DNA from: Octopus sinensis
Lineage: Eukaryota
NCBI RefSeq assembly: GCF_006345805.1
Contig: NC_043000.1
Location: 129,208,001-129,272,000 of the forward strand
Length of the DNA stretch: 64,000 nt
Direction of reading: 5' to 3'
The notes beneath the pieces are model-generated. The model searched no databases. It had not been told where the DNA came from and saw nothing but the letters and a program-made list of their open reading frames with translations. The position numbers and the translations under genes were made by a program. This document shows positions 63,176 to 64,000 of the stretch, in pieces (position 1 is the first letter of the stretch; every line of letters starts with the position of its first letter).

Positions 63176-64000
63176 TTATTATTATTATTATATTATTATT
63201 ATTATTTTTTTTTTTTTTTCCTCCTTTCTCCAATTTTCTTCCATTTCTCGCCGAGTGTTTGCCGTACACCTAGGGCAGAGAAGCTCATTGTATACATTCC
63301 CAGATTACAATGCAAATTCACAATTAAAATATGTATTTAAAAAAAATTAATAAATAAATAAATTCATGAATGGATGTTGTTTTCACAGCGATAATGCTCT
63401 TCTAAGTTAACATGATTTTTTGCACTTCTTGTAGTGATGGTAAGCCTGGTATCATTTTCAAATAGGTTTCAGTACCTTTTTTTTATCATTCCTAGAGCTC
63501 CTACAATCACTGGTATTGTAGTCGCCTTGAAATGCCACATTTTTTCAGTTTCTATTAGCAAGTCTTTATATTTACTGATCTTCTGAAATTCTTCCACCAC
63601 TTTATTGTGATCGCAAGGAACACTCATGTCAATTAATAAACACATCCTTTTTGTCTGATCTTTTATAATAATATCCAGTTTATTGGCTTTTATAGTTTTG
63701 TCGGTATGTACGGGTAAGTCCCATAGAATCGACACATTTTCTCCTTCAGTCACAGCTTCAGGATGGTGTTTATACCATTTGTCAGCGGTTTTGATTTTAT
63801 AATGCCGACATATTGTCCAGTGTAAATACTGGCCGACTCTGTCATGTCTTGCTTTATATTCTACAGGTGCTAAGACTCTACACCCTAAGATTAGGTGGTC
63901 TATAGTTTCAATCTCATCGTTACAGAATTGGCATTTTGGGTCTGCTCCATATTTTATCACATTGGCTTGGTAGTTCCGGGTTAATAAGCTTTGGTCTTGA
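63176..64000 (-). mobile_element. Near-identical tandem second copy of the R4/Dong-like 3' end (runs off window)
   Basis: 63200-64000 matches 61805-62600 except for an indel near the tail; same 163-aa C-terminus. Confidence 0.9.

Overview
AT-rich animal genomic DNA that is almost entirely repeat-derived. The SINE families and microsatellite style suggest an octopod cephalopod (inference). No host protein-coding gene, rRNA, functional tRNA or CRISPR array is supported; nearly all ORFs in the track are microsatellite or SINE artefacts. Recognisable content: three tRNA-head SINE families plus an RTE-tailed SINE-like repeat, and fragments of R4/Dong-like RLE, RTE, L1/Tx1, CR1-like and Penelope-like (PLE) retroelements. 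It also holds Tc1, mariner and DD37D (maT) transposon relics and several MITEs. The main discovery is 13 copies, from 7 unrelated short repeat families, of type-I hammerhead ribozyme motifs, each with a self-complementary stem III (one P4, with a palindromic loop). They usually lie about 85-170 nt upstream of an end that abuts (TA)n, often in tandem or fold-back arrangements, and cluster at 17.9-21.4 kb and 38.3-40.7 kb. Two families form ORF-less 276-nt and 356-nt tandem units that look like PLE pseudo-LTRs or non-LTR retrozymes. All analysis was by eye. Coordinates of degenerate repeats are approximate (about +/-20 nt); ribozyme coordinates were counted base by base.
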